Shown: positions 38,918-49,559, numbered from the stretch's first letter. The stretch: 64,000 bases of DNA from Nanobdellota archaeon (GCA_021807125.1 JAKAPK010000002.1:14120-78119); one strand, 5' to 3'. A program made the numbers and translations. The notes: generated by a model from the sequence alone, not told the origin.

Positions 38918-39701
38918 AGACAAACATAAGTTAGAATCTATAAACATTAGAGTGGAAAGATTTGATCCTTCAAACAAAAAATTTTATAAAAGAGAATATG
39001 CAGTAAGTGCAGACAGATTCACAAGTGTGTTGAGCGCACTATTGCTCATAAAAGAAAATCTAGATCCTACATTATCTTTAAGATACAGTTGCAGAATGGG
39101 GATTTGTGGTTCATGTGCGATGGTGATAAACGGAAAACCGTCTTTGGCCTGCGAAACTAATTTGACCCACGAATTTTACAAGGATAAAACCGTAGTTGTT
39201 GAACCATTAAGAGGATTTCCCCTTTTGCGTGATCTTGTCACAGATTTCGATGATTTTTTTAACAAGCACAAAAGTGTTAAACCATGGCTAGTCGCATCTG
39301 ACATTAACGAACAGTTCGAGCCAAAAAAAGAATATCCTCAAACTTCTTATGAACGTGACGTATTTTTACCATTTTCAGAGTGTATAAAATGTGGTCTATG
39401 CGTTGATGCATGCCCAGTAACGAACACTAACAAAGAATTTATCGGTCCGCAAGCTCTTGGGCAAGCATATAGATACATAAAAGACTCGAGGGACGTGAAC
39501 GGAAAAGAAAGACTGGATATAATAGATACTCTGGAAGGCGTATGGGGGTGTGATTTCATAGGCGCTTGCTCGGTTGTGTGTCCAAAATCTGTCGATCCTG
39601 CACTTGCAATACAAATGCTTAAGGCAGAGATATCAAAACGAGTTATACTGGGCAAAAAACCAGTTAAAGAAGAAATAGTTGACAAACCTGGTCCGAAATA
39701 A
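38907..39701 (+). CDS. sdhB: Succinate dehydrogenase Fe-S subunit
   Basis: SCRMGICGSC...LAC [2Fe-2S]; CIKCGLCVDACP; CDFIGACSVVCP. Confidence 0.97.
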   Translation: MQNKDKHKLESINIRVERFDPSNKKFYKREYAVSADRFTSVLSALLLIKENLDPTLSLRYSCRMGICGSCAMVINGKPSLACETNLTHEFYKDKTVVVEPLRGFPLLRDLVTDFDDFFNKHKSVKPWLVASDINEQFEPKKEYPQTSYERDVFLPFSECIKCGLCVDACPVTNTNKEFIGPQALGQAYRYIKDSRDVNGKERLDIIDTLEGVWGCDFIGACSVVCPKSVDPALAIQMLKAEISKRVILGKKPVKEEIVDKPGPK

Positions 39702-39733
39702 GACTTTATATCCTTAAAAAAAGTATTATAAAA

Positions 39734-41170
39734 ATGGCCGAGAAAGTCACTAATAGCAAGGCAGAAAGCAGCGCATCGAAAAAGGAATTTCGGATAGAAC
39801 ATGATTATCTGGGTAAAGTAGAGGTGCCTATAGATTCTTACTGGGGCGCACAAACACAAAGGGCGATTATCAACTTCCCTATATCAGGATTAAAGCCATT
39901 CAAAGAGTTTACAATGGCTATTATAAGCGTAAAGCGTGCTGCCGCAGAGGCAAATATGAAAGCAGGCCTATTGAACGAAAAAAAAGCGAAGGCAATAATA
40001 CACGCAGCAGACGAGATACTTGAAGGTAAACTTGCAAATCAGTTTGTGGTTGATGTATATCAGGCTGGCGCGGGCACGTCAAACAACATGAATGCAAACG
40101 AGGTTTTGGCAAACAGGGCCATAGAATTATTAGGGGGAAAAATAGGTGACTACTCTCTTATACACCCAAACGATGATGTTAACATGGGCCAGTCTACGAA
40201 CGATGTTATCCCGACAAGCATTAGAATAGCGTGTGCATGGCTCACAAAAGAATTAATCGATGCTTTAGAGTTGCTGCGTAATGAATTTGACAGAAAATCA
40301 CAAGAATTCGACGGCATAGTAAAAAGTGGTCGCACGCACCTTATGGACGCTGCTCCCATAAGATTAGGGCAGGAGTTCAAAGCATGGGCGCTTACCTTAA
40401 AAAAGCACATGGACCAATTAAAAGCTGCAATAAAAAGTCTATTAGAAGTAAATATAGGCGCGACAGCGGTAGGTACTGGGTTAAATGCAAATCCAAAATA
40501 TGTCGTTGAAGTCATAAAAATTTTATGTCGGATTACTAAATTAGATCTTAAAGGCGCTGAAAATCTACCTCAAGCAACACAATCTGTTACGGATTTTCTG
40601 ATGCTCTCTTCTGTATTAAGGGGTCTATCTGCAGACTTGGTAAAAATAATGAATGACATAAGACTTATGAATTCTGGTCCGATTACGGGTTTTGGAGAGA
40701 TTCAGCTTCCTGCAGTACAGCCTGGATCGTCGATAATGCCTGGTAAGGTAAATCCTAGTATGGCAGAAATGCTTACGATGGTTTGCTTTCAGGAAATTGG
40801 CGATGATACTGCGATATCTTTAAGTTCGCAGGCCGGACAATTAGAGTTAAACGTAATGACACCGTTGATTAACTTTTGTCTGCTTCGTGATCTTATAATA
40901 CTTCGAAATGCGATACTCGCATTTACGGACAAAGCTGCTAAAGGAATAATCGCGAACAAGGATAGAATGAGAGAGCTACTAGAAAAAACTCCCGGCGTAG
41001 GTCTAGTTCTTAACCCTTATATAGGATATGAAAAATCAGCTGAAGTTGTAAAGCGTGCCATTGCTGAAAATAAGAGCGTAAAGGACGTTGTTAAAGAGAT
41101 GGGTTTACTTTCTGATAAACAAATAGAAAGTATTTTTGACCCACATAATCTTGCTCCAGAAAAAAAATGA
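39734..41170 (+). CDS. Fumarase class II / aspartate ammonia-lyase family enzyme
   Basis: GRTHLMDA and GSSIMPGKVNP signature; QAGAGTS and QPGSS variants look aspartase-like. Confidence 0.9.
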   Translation: MAEKVTNSKAESSASKKEFRIEHDYLGKVEVPIDSYWGAQTQRAIINFPISGLKPFKEFTMAIISVKRAAAEANMKAGLLNEKKAKAIIHAADEILEGKLANQFVVDVYQAGAGTSNNMNANEVLANRAIELLGGKIGDYSLIHPNDDVNMGQSTNDVIPTSIRIACAWLTKELIDALELLRNEFDRKSQEFDGIVKSGRTHLMDAAPIRLGQEFKAWALTLKKHMDQLKAAIKSLLEVNIGATAVGTGLNANPKYVVEVIKILCRITKLDLKGAENLPQATQSVTDFLMLSSVLRGLSADLVKIMNDIRLMNSGPITGFGEIQLPAVQPGSSIMPGKVNPSMAEMLTMVCFQEIGDDTAISLSSQAGQLELNVMTPLINFCLLRDLIILRNAILAFTDKAAKGIIANKDRMRELLEKTPGVGLVLNPYIGYEKSAEVVKRAIAENKSVKDVVKEMGLLSDKQIESIFDPHNLAPEKK

Positions 41171-42407
41171 TATGGGGACTAAGGCTATAAAGCTAAAAAA
41201 CGGCTTGCAAGTAATAATAGATTCCAAACCTTATTTTGAATCCATTGGCGTAGCTTTCGGTGTAAGATTCGGCTCTGTTTATGAAAAACCGGAACAAGCT
41301 GGCGTAGCACACTTTATAGAACACATGCTATTCAAAGGAACGAAGAACCGTAGTTGGATTGATATCGAAAAAGAGTTGAGAAAGATAACAGTAAGCCATA
41401 ATGCTGAAACCGATTTTGAATCAACGGTTTTTCATTTAAAGATAGACAAGAATAATTTTGAAAATGCGATTGAGTTCCTTTCTGACTTGGTAAAAAACCC
41501 TGCATTTCCAGAAGAACAAATAGAACGCGAAAGGGGCCCTATAATAAATGAGAATCTGATATCTAAAGACACTCCTTGGTCAGTAGCAGGTGAAGAATTA
41601 TTAAAAGTTATGCTAAAAAACCATCCTGCTGGCAGACCCATTATTGGATTTGAAAAAACGATAAGACGCATAGACAGAAAAATACTTATTGAAAACTACA
41701 AAAAATTTTACACACCGCAGAACAGTGTTCTAACCGTCTATGGCGGAGTAAAAAGCTCAGACGGCATAAAATGCATTAGAAAATATTTCAATGAATTTGA
41801 AGGCAAAATGCCAGACACAAAAATTAAACCTGTAGATGATACTGCAGTAGGTAGAAGCATTAAATTATATAGACCTGAACTAAAGGAGGGTATCTTTCTT
41901 ATGGGGCTTAAGACACCACCAGTATCAAGAACCTATGAGTCTCTAAATAAGGATGAGGTAACGCCACTGGTTGCTTGTAAATTGCTTTCAAATAGACTTT
42001 ATGATTTTGTAAGGGGAAAACTAGGACTTGCATATGAGGTAAATGCGTCTATATACCAATATAAAATGTTTTCACTTATGTTTGTGAACGCCGGTGCGAT
42101 GCCTAATGAAATAGATAAAGTAAAGGCGGCTATATTCGAAGAAATAAGAATGATGCATGCGCTATCCGAACGAGAAGCGGATATAGAAAGCGTTAAACAA
42201 TCTATGATAGCAGATTTCAAACTTATGCAAGAAGACAGTATTAGTAGCGCAATAAGAGCAGCGCACGTTTATCTCGTAAGACGCATCCACGACGCCTCTG
42301 GCTACGAGAATGCGCTCAAAGCTGTTAAATTCAATGATCTGAAACGTTTCCTTAAAAAGTATCTTGATGTTAAACGCTGCACAACAATCGAAATGCTGCC
42401 AAAATGA
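41136..42407 (+). CDS. M16 (pitrilysin-family) Zn peptidase (likely start 41172)
   Basis: GVAHFIEHMLFKGT inverted zinc motif HxxEH; RLYDFVRGKLGLAY. Confidence 0.93.
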   Translation: MTHIILLQKKNDMGTKAIKLKNGLQVIIDSKPYFESIGVAFGVRFGSVYEKPEQAGVAHFIEHMLFKGTKNRSWIDIEKELRKITVSHNAETDFESTVFHLKIDKNNFENAIEFLSDLVKNPAFPEEQIERERGPIINENLISKDTPWSVAGEELLKVMLKNHPAGRPIIGFEKTIRRIDRKILIENYKKFYTPQNSVLTVYGGVKSSDGIKCIRKYFNEFEGKMPDTKIKPVDDTAVGRSIKLYRPELKEGIFLMGLKTPPVSRTYESLNKDEVTPLVACKLLSNRLYDFVRGKLGLAYEVNASIYQYKMFSLMFVNAGAMPNEIDKVKAAIFEEIRMMHALSEREADIESVKQSMIADFKLMQEDSISSAIRAAHVYLVRRIHDASGYENALKAVKFNDLKRFLKKYLDVKRCTTIEMLPK

Positions 42408-42467
42408 TGAGAAAACGCATTTTTACGTATACTGCCATAATTAAATCTTAATTCAGTATAATATCAA

Positions 42468-43220
42468 ATGAAAAACCAATATTTCGCGGATGCTCGTGAT
42501 CTTTTCAAGTACGACCTAATAATAAGTTTAATGTCAGATTACGAGTTAGCAAAAAACTTCACTTTTGTTCCTATGCTTACCCCAGACGTTTCAACTACCC
42601 ACGGTTCATTGACAAATTATAAAAATGGATGGCCAGGAACGCAGAGAAATGACCTTGTTAAATTTCTTTCTATGTGCATAAAAACGAAAAGAAGAGACAT
42701 AAGAAATATAGAGTCGTTTTTCCATAGGGCAAAAAGCTGCTCTGGGCTTTCCGTTAAAATATATAGCAAAGACAACTTATTCAGAAATGAGACCCGAAGC
42801 AATTACTTTGATAACTTGCCAGTCAATTTGTTAAAAAATTCGATAATATTCCTTGACCCTGACACTGGTTTGGAAATAAAAAGCGATACAAATAATAAGG
42901 AAGCTCATCTAAAGTATGTAGAAGTTAGAAACGTATACCGTAAAATGGATAAAAATTCGATACTTTTGATATTTCAGTTTATACCTCGAGTAAGAAGACA
43001 GCCGTATATACTTAAAATATGCGAAAGACTTGATAAGGCGATAAATAAAAAATTCGCTATCCATTATGTATCTGATAACAAGATCGTATTCTTTGCGCTC
43101 AGCAAAAGCAAAGCACGAGAGAAATTACTTAATCGTGCAATTAAGGGTTATAGTATACGTTATAATCTAGCTTTTGGCGGCCAGACGTATCATCAAAGAT
43201 TTAATATTAGCTCTGATTAA
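42468..43220 (+). CDS. Conserved hypothetical protein, possible SAM-dependent methyltransferase fold
   Basis: MKNQYFADARDLFKY N-terminus and IIFLDPDTGL motif. Confidence 0.6.
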   Translation: MKNQYFADARDLFKYDLIISLMSDYELAKNFTFVPMLTPDVSTTHGSLTNYKNGWPGTQRNDLVKFLSMCIKTKRRDIRNIESFFHRAKSCSGLSVKIYSKDNLFRNETRSNYFDNLPVNLLKNSIIFLDPDTGLEIKSDTNNKEAHLKYVEVRNVYRKMDKNSILLIFQFIPRVRRQPYILKICERLDKAINKKFAIHYVSDNKIVFFALSKSKAREKLLNRAIKGYSIRYNLAFGGQTYHQRFNISSD

Positions 43221-43271
43221 TAGTATAATTAATGCTGTTGGAGGTAATTTACGTCACTTACAAACAAAGAT

Positions 43272-45026
43272 ATGGCTATGGTTGCTCCAGATCTGCTCGC
43301 TTGGATAACGGACGTTTCAAAGGTTACTCGACCTTCTAGAGTTGTATGGTGCGATGGGTCCAAAACAGAAGCAAAACAAATAGCTGCAGAGATGGTAAAA
43401 AGACAGGAATTAATAAAACTAAACAAACGGGTGTATAAAAATTGTTATCTTTTTAGGAACCGTCAGGACGATGTCGCTAGATTGGAAGATAGAACGCTAA
43501 TATGTACTAAAAATAAGGACGATGTAGGCCCTACCAACAATTGGATGTCGATAGATCAAGCAAAGTCAATGCTAAACGAGTTGTTTGACGGTATAATGAA
43601 CGGGCGTACAATGTATATACTGCCTTACATCATGGGGCCGTTGGGCTCTAAATATTCCGAATTTGGATTAGAAGTTACTGACAGTCCTTTAGTTGTCTTA
43701 ACAACTGGCATATTAACAAGAATGGGAAAAACTGCTTTAAAGACGCACAAAAATGGTGACAAATTTGTAAGAGGCTTACATTCTATCGGCAACTTAGACA
43801 AGCAGAATAGATACATAGTACACTTTCCAGAAGAAGACCTACTTATGAGTGTAAATACAAATTATGGTGGAAACGCATCATTAAGCAAAAAACCGCATGC
43901 GTTACGGTTAGCCAGCGTGCAAGCCAGAAGAAACGGTTGGCTTGCTGAGCATATGTTTATATCTGAGATAGAAGATCCAAATGGAAAACGCGTGTATATT
44001 GCTGGTGCGCTTTCTAGCGGGAGCGGAAAAACAAATTTGGCTATGATTAAACCTCCAAAAATATTCAAAGAATGGAAAGTTAGAACTGTCGGAGATGATA
44101 TAGCCTGGTTACATAATCATGAAGAAGGGCGAATGATAGGCATTAATCCTGAAAATGGATTTTTTGGAGTAGCTTATAATACTGGTATAGAGTCAAATCC
44201 AAACATACTAAATTGCATAAGAAGCAATACTCTCTTCACAAACGTTGGACTAACAAAGGAAAAAACGCCTTGGTGGGAAGGATTAACGAGCACCGTGCCT
44301 AAAGACGTAGTCGATTGGACTGGAAAAGCACGGTTAAAAACTACTTGCGCTACAGTGGCGAATCGAAATTCGAGGTATTCTACGCCTTTGTCGCAGTATA
44401 AGATGAAATCGGTTGAATATGACAACCCTGATGGTGTGCCTATCTCAATCATAATCTTTGGCGGGAGAAGAGCAGACTTGGTTCCTCTAGTATACGAAGC
44501 CTATGGATGGGAACATGGTATTCTAATGGGTGCCATGATGCGCGTTGAAACTACTGCTGCTATAGACACTAAGATGGGAAGTGTAAGAGCCGACCCGATG
44601 GCTATGGTTGCGTTCTGCGGGTACAATATGGCAGATTACTTCAAGCACTGGGTAGACTTTTATAAAGGATTAAAACAGAAGCCTAGAATATTTTTTGTAA
44701 ACTGGTTCAGAAAGGACGAAAAAGGTAACTATATGTGGCCTGGTTTTTCTGAAAACTTCAGAATTATAAAATGGATGATTGATAGACTAACCAATAAAGT
44801 TGATGCAATAGCTACGCCAATAGGCTACGTACCGAAGTTAGAGTCGCTAGACTTACGCGGATTAAAAATAAAAAATAAAACCATAGAACGACTTTTGTAC
44901 GTCAATAAAAGTGGGTGGTTAGAGGAGCTCAAAGCTACTAATGAATTTTTCGCTAAATTCGGTGACAGGATACCAAAGGAACTTTGGGAAGAGTATCACA
45001 AATTAGAGAAAAGATTGAAAGATTAA
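43272..45026 (+). CDS. pckG: GTP-dependent phosphoenolpyruvate carboxykinase
   Basis: DVAR, YGGNASLSKK, WLAEHM, GKTNLAM, VGDDIAW, NPENGFFGVA, FGGRR, NWFRKD. Confidence 0.95.
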   Translation: MAMVAPDLLAWITDVSKVTRPSRVVWCDGSKTEAKQIAAEMVKRQELIKLNKRVYKNCYLFRNRQDDVARLEDRTLICTKNKDDVGPTNNWMSIDQAKSMLNELFDGIMNGRTMYILPYIMGPLGSKYSEFGLEVTDSPLVVLTTGILTRMGKTALKTHKNGDKFVRGLHSIGNLDKQNRYIVHFPEEDLLMSVNTNYGGNASLSKKPHALRLASVQARRNGWLAEHMFISEIEDPNGKRVYIAGALSSGSGKTNLAMIKPPKIFKEWKVRTVGDDIAWLHNHEEGRMIGINPENGFFGVAYNTGIESNPNILNCIRSNTLFTNVGLTKEKTPWWEGLTSTVPKDVVDWTGKARLKTTCATVANRNSRYSTPLSQYKMKSVEYDNPDGVPISIIIFGGRRADLVPLVYEAYGWEHGILMGAMMRVETTAAIDTKMGSVRADPMAMVAFCGYNMADYFKHWVDFYKGLKQKPRIFFVNWFRKDEKGNYMWPGFSENFRIIKWMIDRLTNKVDAIATPIGYVPKLESLDLRGLKIKNKTIERLLYVNKSGWLEELKATNEFFAKFGDRIPKELWEEYHKLEKRLKD

Positions 45027-45049
45027 ATAGCACATTTATATAGAGATAA

Positions 45050-46405
45050 CTAAATTATTACGAAAGATACTCCGATAAAAAGTGAGATTACAAGTACAGA
45101 TAGTATTATTTCCCTATAACGCAGATTATGATAACCATCTTTATATTTTGATTTAGAAGGCGCAACAACTGGATTTATCTCCCTCAAGAGACTAAGATAA
45201 TAAAACGCAGAAAAGAGTAATATTGCAAAAACTGCTATAACAAAATAAAAATAACCGTTAACCAAAAGTGACTGAAATATCAGCAGTTTTCCAAAGAATC
45301 CTATTGTTGGGGGTAGTCCTGCAAGTGAAAGAAGTCCCAAAGAGAATGCTATCGTGCTTATGCGAGATATCTTTGGTATTTTGGCAATGTCTTTTTTATA
45401 TTTTATACCTTGCTCCTCGAATATAGTATAAGCCAAGAAAACCAAACAATCCGCAATCGCAAAACTGAATATGTAAAACACTGCTGCGCCAGCACCGACA
45501 TAAGGCAATAAAGATATCCCTATGAATGCGAAACCTGCCTGAGCTATACTGGCGTATACCAATATTCTCTTTATTCTTTCCTGTATTATTGCAAGAAAAC
45601 TTGCGAAGAACAAAGTGGATAATGCAAGTATAACAAACATTGGCTGTATAAACCCTGCCGCTAATGGAAAAGCAAAGAAAAAAACGCGGGTTATTGCTAT
45701 AAGACCTGCAGCTTTGGATATAGATGCTAGGAACGAAGTTATAGGTGACGCCGCAGCCTCATAAACATCCGGTGCCCACATATGAAACGGCACAAGCGTC
45801 GACTTAAATGCCAGTCCGACAACAACGAGGCTTATACCTGCGACAAGGGGTACATAATTTATGAGTGCCACAGAAGAGAAATTAAGGCTTCCTGCACCGC
45901 CGTAAACGAGCGAAATACCAAAAATGAGTATCACCATAGATATGAAACTTGTTGCTACATACTTTACTGCGCCCTCGAGTCTACGTTTATTTTTCTCGAA
46001 GAATATCATGCCATATGACGGTATTGACAAAAGTTCTATAGATATAAGCAAAGACACAAAGTTACTGGATATGACTACCAGAGTTGCGCCTAGAACAGCA
46101 AACATGAACAACAAATCCATGCTGGTACTATATTCTTCATAAGTGAGGTACATGAACGCGTATATTAAAACTGCTAAAAAAAGTATAAACCCGTTTATAA
46201 AATAAGAGAATTGGGTCATTGAAAAAAACGTCGTGTTTAGATTTCCGAATATCAATTCAGTAATTAATGAAACGACCAATATTGATATAGAAAGAATATG
46301 CATGATCTTCTTATTGTTTGTAGAAAATCTGCTGCGTAAAAGATCTACAATTATAAAGAATAGGATACCGGTAGCTAAAACGTACTGTGTGTTTAGGTTT
46401 ATCAT
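45050..46405 (-). CDS. nuoN: Complex I-like antiporter subunit NuoN
   Basis: EGAVKY, FKSTLVPFHMWAPDVYE, SLAGLPPTIGFFGK. Confidence 0.92.
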   Translation of the reverse strand: MINLNTQYVLATGILFFIIVDLLRSRFSTNNKKIMHILSISILVVSLITELIFGNLNTTFFSMTQFSYFINGFILFLAVLIYAFMYLTYEEYSTSMDLLFMFAVLGATLVVISSNFVSLLISIELLSIPSYGMIFFEKNKRRLEGAVKYVATSFISMVILIFGISLVYGGAGSLNFSSVALINYVPLVAGISLVVVGLAFKSTLVPFHMWAPDVYEAAASPITSFLASISKAAGLIAITRVFFFAFPLAAGFIQPMFVILALSTLFFASFLAIIQERIKRILVYASIAQAGFAFIGISLLPYVGAGAAVFYIFSFAIADCLVFLAYTIFEEQGIKYKKDIAKIPKISRISTIAFSLGLLSLAGLPPTIGFFGKLLIFQSLLVNGYFYFVIAVFAILLFSAFYYLSLLREINPVVAPSKSKYKDGYHNLRYREIILSVLVISLFIGVSFVII

Positions 46406-47811
46406 ATATTGCCCATCATATTAAAAATTATTGCCGGTAGTATCCCTAAAGTTATTATGAAGAAAGAGAATATACTGAGCTGGAATCTCTCAATATAAGA
46501 GATGTCCGTAAGCGACACAAATAACTTATTTAAATTTCCAAAAAGTATTCTTTTAGCGGCATTAAGATAATAGCCAGTCGCTATTAATATTGACAAAAGA
46601 ACGATTAGAACCAAAGGATATACTGCGTACCCACCAAGTACAGAAAGCATTTCTCCGATAAAATTACTTAACCCAGGCACGCCTAACGTAGCAACTATAG
46701 CGAGCATTAAAAACATGCCGAAGAAAGGCATTTTAACATTTAATCCCCCTAATGTGTTAATTTCACGTGTCTTTGTCTTCTCTTTCATTATCCCTGCAAT
46801 TGTAAACAACATGCCTGCAATAAAACCATGGCTAACCATTATAAAAACCGCTCCGTAAGTCCCAATTGTTGTTAAAGAGACTGCACCTATAAAGGCCAAC
46901 GACATATAAAGCACGCTGGAATAAGCTACTATCCTTTTAAAATCCGTTTGCGCTGATGCTACGAGCACAATGTATATTGCAGTGAATATCCCCAGCCACA
47001 TGAGCCATGGTTGAAATGCGCGTACTACATTTTGAAAAAGAAGCGTTCCAAAGAGGAGAAGCGCATAGCCGCCCATCTTAAGGAGGACCCCCGCGAGAAG
47101 TATGCTACCTACGGTCGGCGCTCCTACATGTGCATCTGGAAGCCAAACATGGAGTGGAAAAAGCGGCATCTTTATAATTGCAGCGACCAAAACAAAAACA
47201 AATGCGACTTGTGCAACGGCAAATGGAATAGACTCTACCCCACTTTGAATTGTCGTCAATGTGAAAGAGCCAGTGTAGATAAACATTATTATGAATGCAC
47301 CAAGCAATAGAAAACTTCCAAACTGTGTGAATATGAGAAACTTCATACTTGCTCGCTTCCTGTTCTCTTCCCCCCAATAAGCAATTATAAAAAAGAAGGA
47401 AATTAGTATTATTTCCCAAAATATAAAAAATGCTATCAAATTATTAGACATGAATACGGATATCAAAGACATATAGATCAATAAATAAAGCGTGTAGAAA
47501 AGCCCCTTGTTAACGGTTATTTCCTTCTTGGCTGGCAACAGTGCAAGAGCAGGGAGCACAACCGAAAGCAGCATGAACGGCAAACTTAACGCATTCAATT
47601 GAAAATTAAATGAAAAGTCTATGCTATTTACTATTGTAACAGAAAAAGATTGAAATCCTAAGATAAGTCCTGAGAAAAAAATGAAATTAGTTGCTAAAGC
47701 AACTGCAAGTGTAGTTTTTTCTTCACTTAGCGGACGGTGCAATATCTTACTCAAAATTATTGCGATTATGCCTATAGTCGGTATAAGTATGAAACCTAAA
47801 AGTTGAATCAT
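46402..47811 (-). CDS. nuoM: Complex I-like antiporter subunit NuoM
   Basis: FFIFWE, IKMPLFPLHVWLPDAHVGAP, LLKMGGY, SHG, NFIGE. Confidence 0.93.
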   Translation of the reverse strand: MIQLLGFILIPTIGIIAIILSKILHRPLSEEKTTLAVALATNFIFFSGLILGFQSFSVTIVNSIDFSFNFQLNALSLPFMLLSVVLPALALLPAKKEITVNKGLFYTLYLLIYMSLISVFMSNNLIAFFIFWEIILISFFFIIAYWGEENRKRASMKFLIFTQFGSFLLLGAFIIMFIYTGSFTLTTIQSGVESIPFAVAQVAFVFVLVAAIIKMPLFPLHVWLPDAHVGAPTVGSILLAGVLLKMGGYALLLFGTLLFQNVVRAFQPWLMWLGIFTAIYIVLVASAQTDFKRIVAYSSVLYMSLAFIGAVSLTTIGTYGAVFIMVSHGFIAGMLFTIAGIMKEKTKTREINTLGGLNVKMPFFGMFLMLAIVATLGVPGLSNFIGEMLSVLGGYAVYPLVLIVLLSILIATGYYLNAAKRILFGNLNKLFVSLTDISYIERFQLSIFSFFIITLGILPAIIFNMMGNI

Positions 47812-49553
47812 ATAAAGATCGCCCCTAAGAAAATGAGTATGAGTACACCTATAAGTATAGCTGATATATACGTTTCTACGTCACCATCCTGAAAACGCCT
47901 TGAAAAGGCAGAAGCTTTAAATGAAACATCGGATAAATCGTTGTAAAAGCTGGAAAGAGCAAAATCGAACTTGTTTGCAAGCTTGCCGGCGTATAATATG
48001 GCATTTCCAAATGCATTTAGCATATCATTATAAGATATCTTAAAAATCTTTTCCGAAGACGCAAGAAAAACTCTTATTCCAGTTTTGTGTTCGTCTTTAT
48101 AAAATAGAATAAATGAAATGTAACCGCCAAGTGCAACGGACGCCAAATCTACAATCTCCGGAAGCGTAATAGAATAAGGTATCGACAAGTATGAATTAAG
48201 GTAGAAAAGGAGTATCCCGCCCATAACTGATATAATTGACAATATAACTATGGGCAAAAAGGAAAAAATTGGTTTTAAAAGGCGTTCTCCAGAGGAATGA
48301 AAAACGGTAAAAAACAGTCTGAATGAGAATAGCGCTGTGAGGAAAGACATTGCTGCAAAAATTATATCATATGCAATATTAAAAGTATAGCCTAGCGATA
48401 GATGCGCAAAAAATCCCATAAAAGGAGGTATGCCTAACAACGAAAAGAGGCCTATAAGTGTTGGAAAATAAAGCCACGAACTAGATAAGTTTTTCCTTTT
48501 TAGCCAATATATATTTTGTGTACTTAGCAATATAAGTAGCGTACCTGCTATTAGAAAGAGCAGGGACTTGAATACCGCGTGTGTTATAAGATAGAATACA
48601 GCTCCGCCAGTGTTGAAAACTCCAACTGCTAAAAACATGAAAGAAAGACTCTCAATAGTAGAGTAAGCTAGTATCCTTTTGAAATCTATTGATTTTAATG
48701 CCAATAGGGCTGCTATAAAGGAAGTTATTATCGAGATTATTACAATGACAAGGGATAGATTTGTAGCATAAAGTATCGGCGACAGAAGCACTAATATGAA
48801 AGCACCGGCCGCTACCATTGTAGCGGAATGCAGAAGCGCACTTACTGGCGTCGGGCCTTCCATTGCGTCGGGAAGCCAAGTATAAAATGGGAATTGTGCA
48901 GACTTTGAAAGGGCGGCAATGATAAGAAGCACGACAGATGTCGCTAATAATGTTGGGTTTATCATGGAATAACTGTTCAATAGATAAGGTATAGAAAAGG
49001 AATGCAGGCTGGTAAACAATATGATTATTGCAGACAGGAAAGCTATGTCGCCTATTCTAGTCATAATAAGCGCTTTTTTGCCGGCTGCAGAGGCTGATTC
49101 GCGCCTGTAATAGAATCCTATTAGCAAGTATGATGATACTCCAACAAGCTCCCAAAAAATATAGAGCAGAAGCAGGCTGCCGGATATTACTAATCCCATC
49201 ATCGAAAATATGAATAATGACATTTCCGCATAGTATCTTTCCTGCGGTTCGTTTTTCATGTAGAAAACTGAAAACAATAGCACCATCATTGAGATAAACG
49301 ACACTAATAATGCCATTATGAGATTTAGGTTACCGCCTAAAAGTGCTATATCAAAACTGAGCCCACCTAAAGAAAACCATGTGAAGTTCTCATACAGGTT
49401 GTGATTTAGATAATAAAACAAAAATGCCAGTGCTATTGCGAACGTTATACCTGATGCCATAAGTGCTATCGCATCGCTCCTGAATCTCTTATTTCCTATG
49501 AGCGGTATTAAAATAAACGACAGTAACATTGGCAAAAGAATTATGTACAACAT
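47808..49553 (-). CDS. nuoL: Complex I-like antiporter subunit NuoL
   Basis: WELVGVSSYLLIGFY, RIGD, KSAQFPFYTWLPDAMEGPTPVSALLHSATMV, HAVFKSLLF; C-terminal RRFQDG. Confidence 0.94.
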   Translation of the reverse strand: MLYIILLPMLLSFILIPLIGNKRFRSDAIALMASGITFAIALAFLFYYLNHNLYENFTWFSLGGLSFDIALLGGNLNLIMALLVSFISMMVLLFSVFYMKNEPQERYYAEMSLFIFSMMGLVISGSLLLLYIFWELVGVSSYLLIGFYYRRESASAAGKKALIMTRIGDIAFLSAIIILFTSLHSFSIPYLLNSYSMINPTLLATSVVLLIIAALSKSAQFPFYTWLPDAMEGPTPVSALLHSATMVAAGAFILVLLSPILYATNLSLVIVIISIITSFIAALLALKSIDFKRILAYSTIESLSFMFLAVGVFNTGGAVFYLITHAVFKSLLFLIAGTLLILLSTQNIYWLKRKNLSSSWLYFPTLIGLFSLLGIPPFMGFFAHLSLGYTFNIAYDIIFAAMSFLTALFSFRLFFTVFHSSGERLLKPIFSFLPIVILSIISVMGGILLFYLNSYLSIPYSITLPEIVDLASVALGGYISFILFYKDEHKTGIRVFLASSEKIFKISYNDMLNAFGNAILYAGKLANKFDFALSSFYNDLSDVSFKASAFSRRFQDGDVETYISAILIGVLILIFLGAIFI

Positions 49554-49559
49554 ATTTTA

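Noticed and set aside
41136-41172. Overlap and A-run between fumarase/aspartase and M16 peptidase suggesting a frameshift fusion
   Set aside because: An ATG at 41172, one base after the stop, explains it as normal operon coupling.
43990-44045. PEPCK P-loop variant ALSSGSGKTN instead of AFPSACGKTN
   Set aside because: GKT and the other catalytic motifs are intact; likely ordinary divergence.
45050-49553. Mrp antiporter or hydrogenase membrane arm
   Set aside because: Order J-K-L-M-N and the motifs fit Nuo; no MrpE/F/G or NiFe subunits are adjacent.
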